Of a stretch of 64,000 nucleotides of DNA, positions 53,684 to 61,839 are shown one piece after another. Each line of letters opens with the position of its first letter. The stretch's first letter is position 1. The notes below the pieces were generated by a model. It worked only from the letters and a program-made list of their open reading frames with translations. It did not search any database and was not told the origin of the DNA. Made by a program: the position numbers and the translations under genes. Origin of the DNA: an uncultured virus (IMG/VR IMGVR_UViG_3300005613_005441) (Duplodnaviria; Heunggongvirae; Uroviricota; Caudoviricetes); IMG/VR virus record IMGVR_UViG_3300005613_005441; one strand, 5' to 3'.

Positions 53684-55095
53684 CAGTATTTCTCCCGTAT
53701 TTTTTCTTCGGCGTCTTCCGGTTCTTCGTCCACTTTCTTGAACCGGTTACGCTTGTCACAGGTATATTCCGCCTCAACATCGACAAATTTCTGCAGGTTT
53801 CCGAACAGTTTTATCTTAGTGTCCTGCACAGAAGAGCGCCTGCTCTTGTCCGGCACGAACCAACATACCTGCCTGTCTTTGGTCATCGTACCCAGGCAGC
53901 TGCAGCTGTCCATGAAATAACTGAACGCCCGGAACATATAGGCATCCGTCTTCGACGGCTTACGTCCAGGAGGTTTTGCACAAGCTTCCGTGGTCAACTG
54001 ATGAAGCATCAGCACCGCTTTATCGACTTCCCGGCAATAAGTGGCAAGCTCATCGATAAAATTAGGAGCCAGTGACTGATACCGATTATCCGCATTGATC
54101 TTCGGATTGCTATAAGCGTTCCGGTCGACCATCGCCCCGAACCAGTCGAGCACGATCAGGTCAGCCCCCTCTCCGGCTTCGTCTTCCTGCTTGGAGTACC
54201 CGATCACTTCCTGGGCTCCTCCGAATCCATGATCTTCCTTGGACAGGTCGATCACCGTGATGTATTCACCGCTCTCCTGTTCCGCCTTCAACAGCTTGGC
54301 GACTACTTCCGGAGACAGCTCAGATATCGATTTGTCCCGAAACGTCTCGATCGGTTCATCGGCCATGTGCGTGCAGATCCGTTCGGTTAGGTCACCGGCG
54401 ATCTCCTGCTCATAGGTGACATAGATGACATGGCGATGCATCTTCGCCTGGGCACACGCTACCCCGATACCGATCACTGTCTTGCCGCCGCCGGTCGGTC
54501 CGAGCAGCCCGTGGATCTCCCCGCCGGCAAAGTTGCCGCCGTTGTCGTCCCAGAACGGCAGCCCGAAAGTGTGACGTTCTTTGTTGACCAGCAGACTGCC
54601 GAGTGATTTCATCGGTTTGACTTTCGCTGTCGTCCGGTTGTTTATGCCGGTGAGATCGGCGGTCACCTCTTTAGCGTAACTGCGCATATCCTCCATGTCT
54701 TTCATGCGCCTGATACGCTCGATCCAGGTGATCCTGGCCGCCTCGACGAGCGCGTCCTCGAGAAAGACCTTCCCGACCGCATAGGTCAGCTGCCTGGTAT
54801 CCATACCCCCCAGCGCAGCCAGCATCCCGGCCAGCTCCCGCTTAAGGCTGATCCCGAACTCCGGCAGCACCTGCAGCCGGTTCTCGAGTTCCGCCCTGAG
54901 CATCAGCTCGGTGGGAATCCTGTCTCCGCACGCTTTATAGCATTCAGCCATCACTGTCCACAGAAACGCCGACGCCGGATCCTTCATCCGGTCGAACAGC
55001 TGGTACTCGCCCAGCCGCTGCACTGCCGTGTGCATCAGGTCCTGGTTGTTCAGCAGACAGCCAAGTAGTAATAGGTTATTCGTTCTTTCCGGCAT
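53683..55095 (-). CDS. DnaB-like replicative helicase
   Basis: LLGPTGGGKT; YVTYEQ; LIVLDW; MLHQL; coupled to the primase gene. Confidence 0.8.
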   Translation of the reverse strand: MPERTNNLLLLGCLLNNQDLMHTAVQRLGEYQLFDRMKDPASAFLWTVMAECYKACGDRIPTELMLRAELENRLQVLPEFGISLKRELAGMLAALGGMDTRQLTYAVGKVFLEDALVEAARITWIERIRRMKDMEDMRSYAKEVTADLTGINNRTTAKVKPMKSLGSLLVNKERHTFGLPFWDDNGGNFAGGEIHGLLGPTGGGKTVIGIGVACAQAKMHRHVIYVTYEQEIAGDLTERICTHMADEPIETFRDKSISELSPEVVAKLLKAEQESGEYITVIDLSKEDHGFGGAQEVIGYSKQEDEAGEGADLIVLDWFGAMVDRNAYSNPKINADNRYQSLAPNFIDELATYCREVDKAVLMLHQLTTEACAKPPGRKPSKTDAYMFRAFSYFMDSCSCLGTMTKDRQVCWFVPDKSRRSSVQDTKIKLFGNLQKFVDVEAEYTCDKRNRFKKVDEEPEDAEEKIREKY

Positions 55096-55627
55096 ATAGT
55101 TGATCTCTCCTCAGTGGATAATGCTCCTGCAGTTCCTCGAACACGTCAAAGTAAAACGGATTCTGTTCCAGCTGCCTCTTCGCACCTTCCTCAAAGCGCG
55201 CAGCTACCTCCGGGTGGCCCATCATTCGGCACACCGCGTAGCGGAACAGTTCGCTCACCTCTCCGTCGGCCCTGTCTATAGCTACCAGCGGATCGTAGTA
55301 CAGGTCCATCAGGTATTCAAAACATCTTATATCAGCCTGGACTTTCCCGAACACCATCTCCTCCAGGTTCTCGAGATATTCCCGGTACGCTTCCAGCACT
55401 GTCTCGCTGGTGACAAAATTCTTGCCCTGGATAGGCGCCTGGATAAACCTCTTCTTCAGAAACCAGCAGAAAGTGCAGTAGGGCTTCTCCAGCGGCCGCA
55501 GGGATTCGCACACGGCTAGGGCGGCAGGACGGCTCCAAAGTTTAAACCCGAACACGTCCTGCGCAACCGCCTCCAGCATCTCTACCTCCCTTTGACAGCC
55601 GGCGCTGTCTTTTTCAATATATCCCAT
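55076..55627 (-). CDS. Hypothetical protein
   Basis: 183 aa ORF overlapping both helicase genes. Confidence 0.55.
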   Translation of the reverse strand: MGYIEKDSAGCQREVEMLEAVAQDVFGFKLWSRPAALAVCESLRPLEKPYCTFCWFLKKRFIQAPIQGKNFVTSETVLEAYREYLENLEEMVFGKVQADIRCFEYLMDLYYDPLVAIDRADGEVSELFRYAVCRMMGHPEVAARFEEGAKRQLEQNPFYFDVFEELQEHYPLRRDQLYAGKNE

Positions 55628-56985
55628 TTACGCTCCTTATAGGTTCTCAGCCTGGCAAGATACCGGCGGTGTCCCCACTCGTTGAAATTATCAGCGAAAT
55701 CGATCAACACTCCGACGTTCTTATTCTCGGCGATCCTGCTCAGCCGGCCGGGTATCTGAATACTGTTCACCTCGCTCGACGCCCCGTCAGCACGGACCAG
55801 GACAGACAGATGCGGAAAATCCACACCCTCTTTCCAGGTAGTGGTACTGATCACTTTCTTCAGTTCACCGCGCTCGAACTGCTCCCGTAGATCTTTGAGC
55901 TCCTTGGCTTTTATCTTAAAATGGACCAAGGTATATTCAGGCAGCAATTCATGAAGATAGTTGGCATGCTCCAGCGTCTCCGTCATTATCAGGGTCTGCT
56001 CATAATCCGGCACCCGCCTGACTATCTCACGGATCAGCTTGTTGCGATAGTTATTGCGCCAATAGCCGTGCCGCTTGTTCGCCACGATCATCCTACGCTT
56101 CTCCACCTTGATGTCGTTCGGATAGACATGCACCTCTATCGGCACGACCAGGCCTTTGTCCACCGCCTCGTCATACGGGATCTCGGCCAGCACCGGCCCG
56201 AAGACGGCTTCCATGGCAAGCGCACTGCCGTCCCCGCGCACCGCTGACGCCGTGAAACCGTAACGCCGGGTGTTCTGCAGGTAAGACAGGTGCTTGGCTA
56301 TCTGGTTGTTGCCTACTCCGTGCGCCTCGTCAAACAGCAGCACGTCGATCGCATTCAGGTTGGCTTTGAGCACTGATTTGGTAGTCGTCACCGTGATCCG
56401 GTGGTCCGGGCCGTCGTTACGGTCCCCGGTGATCATCCCTACTGCTCCGGGCATCAGGTTAGCCGTCAGCTTCTTGGTAAGCATCTCCACCACCGCTTTG
56501 CGCGGGGAGGTGATCAGGAAGCGAAGCGTGGGGTACATCCTGCATATCTGGATGATAATAAAAGACTTGCCCACCCCGGTACCGCCGACGATCAGGCCGC
56601 CGTCCGACGTGGTGACTGCCAGCAACAACGCGCTCTGTCCGGAACGCAGCTTGTGGACTTTGCCGAAATCAGGCTCGGGCCACAGCTTGTCTTTCTGCCG
56701 GTAATCTTTGAGTTCCCATTCGACACCCTGCTCCTGCAGCTGCAGGATAACCCGGGTGAAAAGGCCGGCAGGGAATACTCCCTGGTCGTCCTTTACCTCG
56801 TACAGGCGCCGCTGGACCATCTGCATCTTCTGTCCTTTCTTGCGGGGCCTGGAAAAATCTTCGTTCTTCTGCCAATAGGTAAGATGCTGTTCAAGGACCG
56901 GTATCCACGGCTCCAGTTGACACAGCCACCCTGACCGTTCGATGGTTACTTTCATGACCTCCTCGAGCTTTAGGGGCCCCTGCAA
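55582..56985 (-). CDS. Superfamily 2 DExH helicase (UvsW-like)
   Basis: GGTGVGKS; LLFDEAH; GFTAS; EGVDFP; QIPGRLSR. Confidence 0.88.
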   Translation of the reverse strand: MQGPLKLEEVMKVTIERSGWLCQLEPWIPVLEQHLTYWQKNEDFSRPRKKGQKMQMVQRRLYEVKDDQGVFPAGLFTRVILQLQEQGVEWELKDYRQKDKLWPEPDFGKVHKLRSGQSALLLAVTTSDGGLIVGGTGVGKSFIIIQICRMYPTLRFLITSPRKAVVEMLTKKLTANLMPGAVGMITGDRNDGPDHRITVTTTKSVLKANLNAIDVLLFDEAHGVGNNQIAKHLSYLQNTRRYGFTASAVRGDGSALAMEAVFGPVLAEIPYDEAVDKGLVVPIEVHVYPNDIKVEKRRMIVANKRHGYWRNNYRNKLIREIVRRVPDYEQTLIMTETLEHANYLHELLPEYTLVHFKIKAKELKDLREQFERGELKKVISTTTWKEGVDFPHLSVLVRADGASSEVNSIQIPGRLSRIAENKNVGVLIDFADNFNEWGHRRYLARLRTYKERKWDILKKTAPAVKGR

Positions 56986-57015
56986 GAGGTCTCAAGCAGG
57001 GACCCATACCATTGC

Positions 57016-58134
57016 CTACTTCAGACCCTTAAGGGCACTTTCCAGCTTCTCGAACTTCATGAGAGTCTGCTTCAAAGATGCCACTTCCTGTTCGGCCTTA
57101 TCAGCCCTGGTCTTCTCCTTGGCGACAGCCTTTTCAGCATCTTTGGCCGCTTTCTGCAACGGCTTCATAGCGGCCCGCAGGGTCTTTACTGCGGCTTCGA
57201 TTCCACGCAATACTTCGGGGATATCCACAGGCTCGGAATCACTTGCCTGTTCCTCGGGTTTGGTCGGGGCTTCAGCAGCCTGCCCTCCGCCCTCGGCACT
57301 CGGCGGCTGGGGTACATCCCCTTCGGCCACGGTCCCAACGGCTGCAGCAGCTGCGTCATCCTTGTCGGCGGTTTCCTCACCTTCTTTCTTTTCTTCGACC
57401 TTGTCGCCCATCGGAATGGGCTTGGAAGCCTCTGGTTTCTTTTCTGAGGGAGCTGGTTCAGCGGGAAGTGCGGCCAGGACTTTCTCAGCCGCTCCCACAC
57501 TTTGATCCTCTTCTTTCAGCTTGAGTGCGGTGACCCAGGCTACGAGGCCTTTGCGGACTACCTTGAACACCCTACCGTTTTCGATGAAGCCTAGCGTAGC
57601 GTCAGGATCATCTGTGTATAATTTCAAGTAGGCAGGAAGCACGCTTATGATGCCAACGTTCTTTTCGAACGTTCCCTCTGCATCGAACCATTCTACTTTA
57701 TCTCTACTCGCTATTACTTTATCGGGAGTACCAATAAAATCAACTCTCTTACCCGAAAAATAATCAGCATTTTTAGAGAAATTCAATGCCATGGCAGGCT
57801 GATCATGGAGCTTCTTGGTGTAGACATTATCGAACAGCTGCTGATCAACCTCTTTCGACACCGGGTGCAGTTCCGGCATATTGCCTTCCTCGTCCATAAA
57901 CCCGACGGGGGTGAACCTGAACTTGAATTCAGATTTTTCCAGTGCCTCTTTGGTCGGGAACTGATAGAACCCGTCGGCTACTGCTTGATCCTTGATCTCC
58001 GTTCGCAACAGCAGCATCCCGTCCGTGATCACCAGGTACAGCTTCTTGTTGTCAGTGATCTTGTAGGCAAACGGGGCCCGGTCTCCGTAGACGAACAGGC
58101 TGTGAGCGATTGTGAGGATGTTTGTGAGTAGCAT
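57016..58134 (-). CDS. Hypothetical protein with a low-complexity linker and coiled-coil C-terminus
   Basis: 372 aa ORF with AAGGAG RBS. Confidence 0.6.
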   Translation of the reverse strand: MLLTNILTIAHSLFVYGDRAPFAYKITDNKKLYLVITDGMLLLRTEIKDQAVADGFYQFPTKEALEKSEFKFRFTPVGFMDEEGNMPELHPVSKEVDQQLFDNVYTKKLHDQPAMALNFSKNADYFSGKRVDFIGTPDKVIASRDKVEWFDAEGTFEKNVGIISVLPAYLKLYTDDPDATLGFIENGRVFKVVRKGLVAWVTALKLKEEDQSVGAAEKVLAALPAEPAPSEKKPEASKPIPMGDKVEEKKEGEETADKDDAAAAAVGTVAEGDVPQPPSAEGGGQAAEAPTKPEEQASDSEPVDIPEVLRGIEAAVKTLRAAMKPLQKAAKDAEKAVAKEKTRADKAEQEVASLKQTLMKFEKLESALKGLK

Positions 58135-58146
58135 TTGTATGCTCCT

Positions 58147-60216
58147 TTACGTTAGTTCTATTGTGTCATCGGCCATCGCCATCAGCGCCTTTTCATGCGT
58201 AGGCACCAGTATGGCTACCTGCCGAGCTCGAAAATATTCAGATGCCCTGGCCAGCACATGGCTGAGTATCGCCACGTTATCCGGGTCCAGGAACGTCGTG
58301 GGCTCGTCCAGCACCAGCAACCCGCAGCCGAACGAGAACATCTCCAGCAGCGTGAAACGGATCGCCATCGCCACCACCAGCGTCTGGCCGCCGGACAGGT
58401 TAGCTACCCGGGCATCCCGCTTGAATGGATGGTCGTAGACGAAATCCAGCTCATCGGTGAGCCGGACCACGTACTGAAAGTCAAACAGGTGCAGATATTT
58501 CTTCAGCACCTCGTTAAAATTACCGACTATCTGCCGGGCAGTCATCATCGGCAGCTTATTGGGGTGCAGAATGTCCCGGGAACTTTCAAGAATCTGAACC
58601 ACTTCGCCGGTCTTGCGGCTTTTCGCCTGCTCCTGCTCCAACCTGGTTATCTGGTCGGTTATCCCCTGGATACGGGTATCAGCCTTAGCTGCGTCCAGCT
58701 CGAGCGCCTGCGCACTCTCCCGCGCCTGCTCGAACGAGCTGATAAACTCTTCAGCCGCTTTACGGGTGTCCGCATCGGCAGCCTCGGTACCGGCTTTCGC
58801 CTCGATCGAAGCCTGCAGCTGCCCGACCTGGTACGTCAGGGAATTAAGCTGCCCCTGTACCTGCTCCCGCTCCTCGCGCATCTTGGAAGCGTCCTCGACC
58901 AGCTGTTTCTCCTGCTCGTATTTCTGAACATCGAAGTCGAGATAAGAACTGAGTTCGCCCATCTCCGTGCCCCGGCTCTTCAGTCTGTCAGCCAGCTGCG
59001 CAGTCTTCTGCTCCCAGCTCGCTACCGCGGCATCCATCTCAAGGATTTCCTTGGCCCGCGCGACCCGCCGTTCCGTCTCTGCGTTATATATGCCCATTTT
59101 GTTTTTGTAGTCCTGTTCCATCTCCTTAAGCTTCTCCGGAGAAATGTCGAACGGCCTGTGGCAAGTAGGGCAATCACCTTTCTCGGCAAGCGCCAACTCC
59201 TCCCGTTTACGATCAAGGTCCAACTTGGCCGGCTGCAATGCAGTCATATCAGCCTGCTCCCTCATCTCGTCGGTCACTTTATCAGGCATCTTCTGTTCAT
59301 GCTCTTTGGCTTCCTCGAGCACTTTATCCAATTCCGCCTGTACCTCCAATGCCCGCTGATGCTTAAGGAACCCTTCGCTATCGGGTACCGGTGCTTCCGC
59401 AACCGCCAGAGCAGCCAGGCTGTCTCGCGCCTGCTTGACCAGCGATTCTTTCGACGCCAGCTCGGAACTCATCTCGCCCAGGAGCTTGTCGAGCTCTTCT
59501 TTATCAGGCAGCGCCCTCACCCTGAGCAGCTTGTTGTACTCCTCCTGCATCTTTCCAAGCGGTTCCTTGAGCTCCTTGAGGGTGTCCTGCATACCTGTAT
59601 ATTCTTTCCGCAGGCCCTCCAGCGACTCCTGGAGTTCGCCCAGCTCCTCACCACGGTCGGGGTATTCCCGGATAGTGTTCTTGGCCGCAAGCAGATGGCC
59701 ACGCAGACTCTCCGCCCGATCCAGTCCCAGCAGGCTGTAGATAGTCTTGACCCGCTCGACGTGCTGCGCCCTGAGCATCTGTTCGAAGCTGCCCTGGCGC
59801 GCAAACACCACCTCATCGAGGTACCGCAGATCAAGCCCCATCAGGGCGGCCAGCTGATTATTGATGTCGGTCTTCTTCTCGACCGGCTCTTCCAGCCACG
59901 GCGCTGCCATGGCATGCTTGACCGTTAGCCCTTTCCCCCGTGGCCCGGGTTTGAACTTGCGGGAGATCTGGATCTCGCCTTTATCTGCCTGCAGCTTGGC
60001 TATGACCTCGCCGCGCGTGGTCCCCCAGCGCAGAAAATCCGAGATATCATCATCTCCCAGGGACTCCCCGGTCAACCCGAAGTAAATACCACGAACGAGG
60101 TTAGATTTACCACAACCGTTGGCTCCGAGCAGACAGGTGAGGCCGGGGCTTAAAGAAATTTCTTGCTTCATATGTTGACAAAAGTTACTACATGTGATAT
60201 AATTAAATAGAACCAT
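58147..60216 (-). CDS. sbcC: SbcC/Rad50-like SMC ATPase
   Basis: GANGCGKS; Q-loop FARQG; zinc hook CPTC; signature LSGGQ; LVLDEPT. Confidence 0.88.
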   Translation of the reverse strand: MVLFNYITCSNFCQHMKQEISLSPGLTCLLGANGCGKSNLVRGIYFGLTGESLGDDDISDFLRWGTTRGEVIAKLQADKGEIQISRKFKPGPRGKGLTVKHAMAAPWLEEPVEKKTDINNQLAALMGLDLRYLDEVVFARQGSFEQMLRAQHVERVKTIYSLLGLDRAESLRGHLLAAKNTIREYPDRGEELGELQESLEGLRKEYTGMQDTLKELKEPLGKMQEEYNKLLRVRALPDKEELDKLLGEMSSELASKESLVKQARDSLAALAVAEAPVPDSEGFLKHQRALEVQAELDKVLEEAKEHEQKMPDKVTDEMREQADMTALQPAKLDLDRKREELALAEKGDCPTCHRPFDISPEKLKEMEQDYKNKMGIYNAETERRVARAKEILEMDAAVASWEQKTAQLADRLKSRGTEMGELSSYLDFDVQKYEQEKQLVEDASKMREEREQVQGQLNSLTYQVGQLQASIEAKAGTEAADADTRKAAEEFISSFEQARESAQALELDAAKADTRIQGITDQITRLEQEQAKSRKTGEVVQILESSRDILHPNKLPMMTARQIVGNFNEVLKKYLHLFDFQYVVRLTDELDFVYDHPFKRDARVANLSGGQTLVVAMAIRFTLLEMFSFGCGLLVLDEPTTFLDPDNVAILSHVLARASEYFRARQVAILVPTHEKALMAMADDTIELT

Positions 60217-60311
60217 ATAAATCTCTCCTCGGATTTTAAGGCCTCTCGGATCCTTCCTCTGATCTGAGAGGCCTTCTTCATTTTACCGTAGTACCTCTTT
60301 TACTTCAAAAA

Positions 60312-60327
60312 TTCCGGAGCTCCGGAA
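60312..60327. promoter_or_regulatory. 16-bp palindrome TTCCGGAGCTCCGGAA, copy 4
   Basis: Exact match between the RT-associated small genes and sbcC. Confidence 0.7.
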
Positions 60328-60329
60328 AA

Positions 60330-60952
60330 TTAGGTGACTTCCGCCTTCAGCCTATTGGCAGCTGTGATCGCCGCCATCTTCAGCCCGTCTTTGATCAGAT
60401 TAGCCTCAGTCGGCCGCTCTTTGATCAGGTTAGTGACAAAATCCTGCATCGCCCCGTGCGACCTGGCGAAATCGTGCGTGTCACTGAGATGCTGCCCGTA
60501 GATCTTAAGCACCATCTTGCAGTACATCACGCGTTTCTTGTTCGCCCGCTCCTTCTTCTCCTTCCGATTCTCCACCATCTGAACCCTCCTTCTCTTTTAA
60601 TGCTTTCTCAAGCGCTGCTGCAATACGATCCAGGCCTTTTATGATCCTGGGTACGTCCGCATTATAGAATTTATTACCCATCCGGGTCTCAAAGAACTGT
60701 AGTCCCGACATCAGGCACCTCCTTGTCTTTTTTCAAAAGTCTCCGGTACGCGCGACGCGCCTTTTTCAGCTCCTCTTTACAGCGTTTGATCCGCTGTTCG
60801 GCAAGAACCTGTCTGCCCTTTACCGCTTCAGGCAGTTTACAGCGCCCTACCCGCAGGCACTCGGAGCAACCACCAAAATACCTATCCGCAGACATGCACC
60901 CCTTCAGCTGGGACAGCTTTATCGTAGCATACTGCGCCATAATATACCTCAC
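60330..60952 (-). other. Three small coupled genes downstream of the RT
   Basis: 60689-60952 (Cys-rich: CSECLRVGRC), 60505-60711 and 60330-60578; overlapping, with RBSs. Confidence 0.55.
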
Positions 60953-61818
60953 AATTTATTTATCATATCCATCAAAGAACAGACATCAAGATTATTCTTG
61001 GTCTTCAGTGGGTTATCCACCATGTTCTTGAATGACCGCTTGCCCAGCAGTATCCTGCCGTGGTCCTTCGGAGCTTCCCGCAGACCTTCTGCATACAGCC
61101 CTTCCTGGTGCAGCGCCGCCCGCAGCTTCTTCCGCCAGCGCCGGGGTAAATTAAGTTTCTCGTTTACCACGCAGCCGCAGACCATCTGGCGACGGCCCCT
61201 GTGCATCATCTTGATCTTCTTCGGATGCACATTAAGCTTATACGTATCGGTCTTCAAGATGTTCCGGGCGATATAGAACATCGTCCAGACCTCCTTCTCC
61301 TGCTCCCCGCTGAACACCAGGTCGTCGGCGTAGCGGGTATAGCAGATGTTCTGTGAATACGCCGACCAGGCCATGCGCCAGTCGAACCGGTACAGAAACG
61401 CGTTCGACAGCAGCGGCGAGCCCGGTGCTCCCTGAGGCAGCCGCAGTCCCTTGTCGTCGTCGAAGTCGTGGAAATGCACCTTGACTTCCTCTTTGAGCTT
61501 CTTCAGCCTTTCCGGCCAGCCCTTCTTCTTTTTGCCACAATGGTCCTCAAGCAGCTTTTCAAACTGTTCATGCTTGACTGACGGGAAAAAATCCTTTAAG
61601 TCGAAAGCCAGTACAAACGGCTTGTTGATATGCGGCGTCGCCATAGTGGCGATGTTCTTTCCGTAGGAAAATGCGTGGGCGAACGGGCTTACCCGCAGCT
61701 GCCACTTCAGCTTCAGCATCGATGTGCGCTGCTTCTGCTTTAACTCATCGTTCGACGCTTCAATAATACGTTTACCGCCGCGCCTTTTAGGGATTTCGAA
61801 GACCTGATAATCCTCCAT
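60949..61818 (-). CDS. Retron-type reverse transcriptase
   Basis: IPKRRGGKRII; AHAFSYGKNIATMATPH (region X NAxxH-like); DLKDFFPSV; LPQGAPGSPLLSN; YTRYADDLVFS; QMVCGCVVN (region Y VTG-like); 289 aa; AGGAG RBS. Confidence 0.9.
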   Translation of the reverse strand: MEDYQVFEIPKRRGGKRIIEASNDELKQKQRTSMLKLKWQLRVSPFAHAFSYGKNIATMATPHINKPFVLAFDLKDFFPSVKHEQFEKLLEDHCGKKKKGWPERLKKLKEEVKVHFHDFDDDKGLRLPQGAPGSPLLSNAFLYRFDWRMAWSAYSQNICYTRYADDLVFSGEQEKEVWTMFYIARNILKTDTYKLNVHPKKIKMMHRGRRQMVCGCVVNEKLNLPRRWRKKLRAALHQEGLYAEGLREAPKDHGRILLGKRSFKNMVDNPLKTKNNLDVCSLMDMINKL

Positions 61819-61839
61819 AAAATATTCTCCTGTTGGTGG

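Noticed and set aside
32995..59928. Long plus-strand ORFs such as 32995-34194, 34621-35772, 52940-53920 and 58195-59928
   Set aside because: They are antisense shadows of well-supported minus-strand genes in GC-rich coding sequence.
60949..61818. RT as a diversity-generating retroelement or group II intron RT
   Set aside because: Its motifs are retron-like (LPQGAPGSP, YADD, VCG) rather than the DGR-type GNxxSQ. I saw no TR/VR pair differing at adenines, and the protein is too short to carry maturase or endonuclease domains.
1..61818. Genome-wide TAG reassignment in this window
   Set aside because: Long genes are intact in code 11, and many end in TAG at plausible boundaries (e.g. 16147, 31250, 55582, 57016). 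I found internal TAGs only in the Pth2-like gene and its leader.
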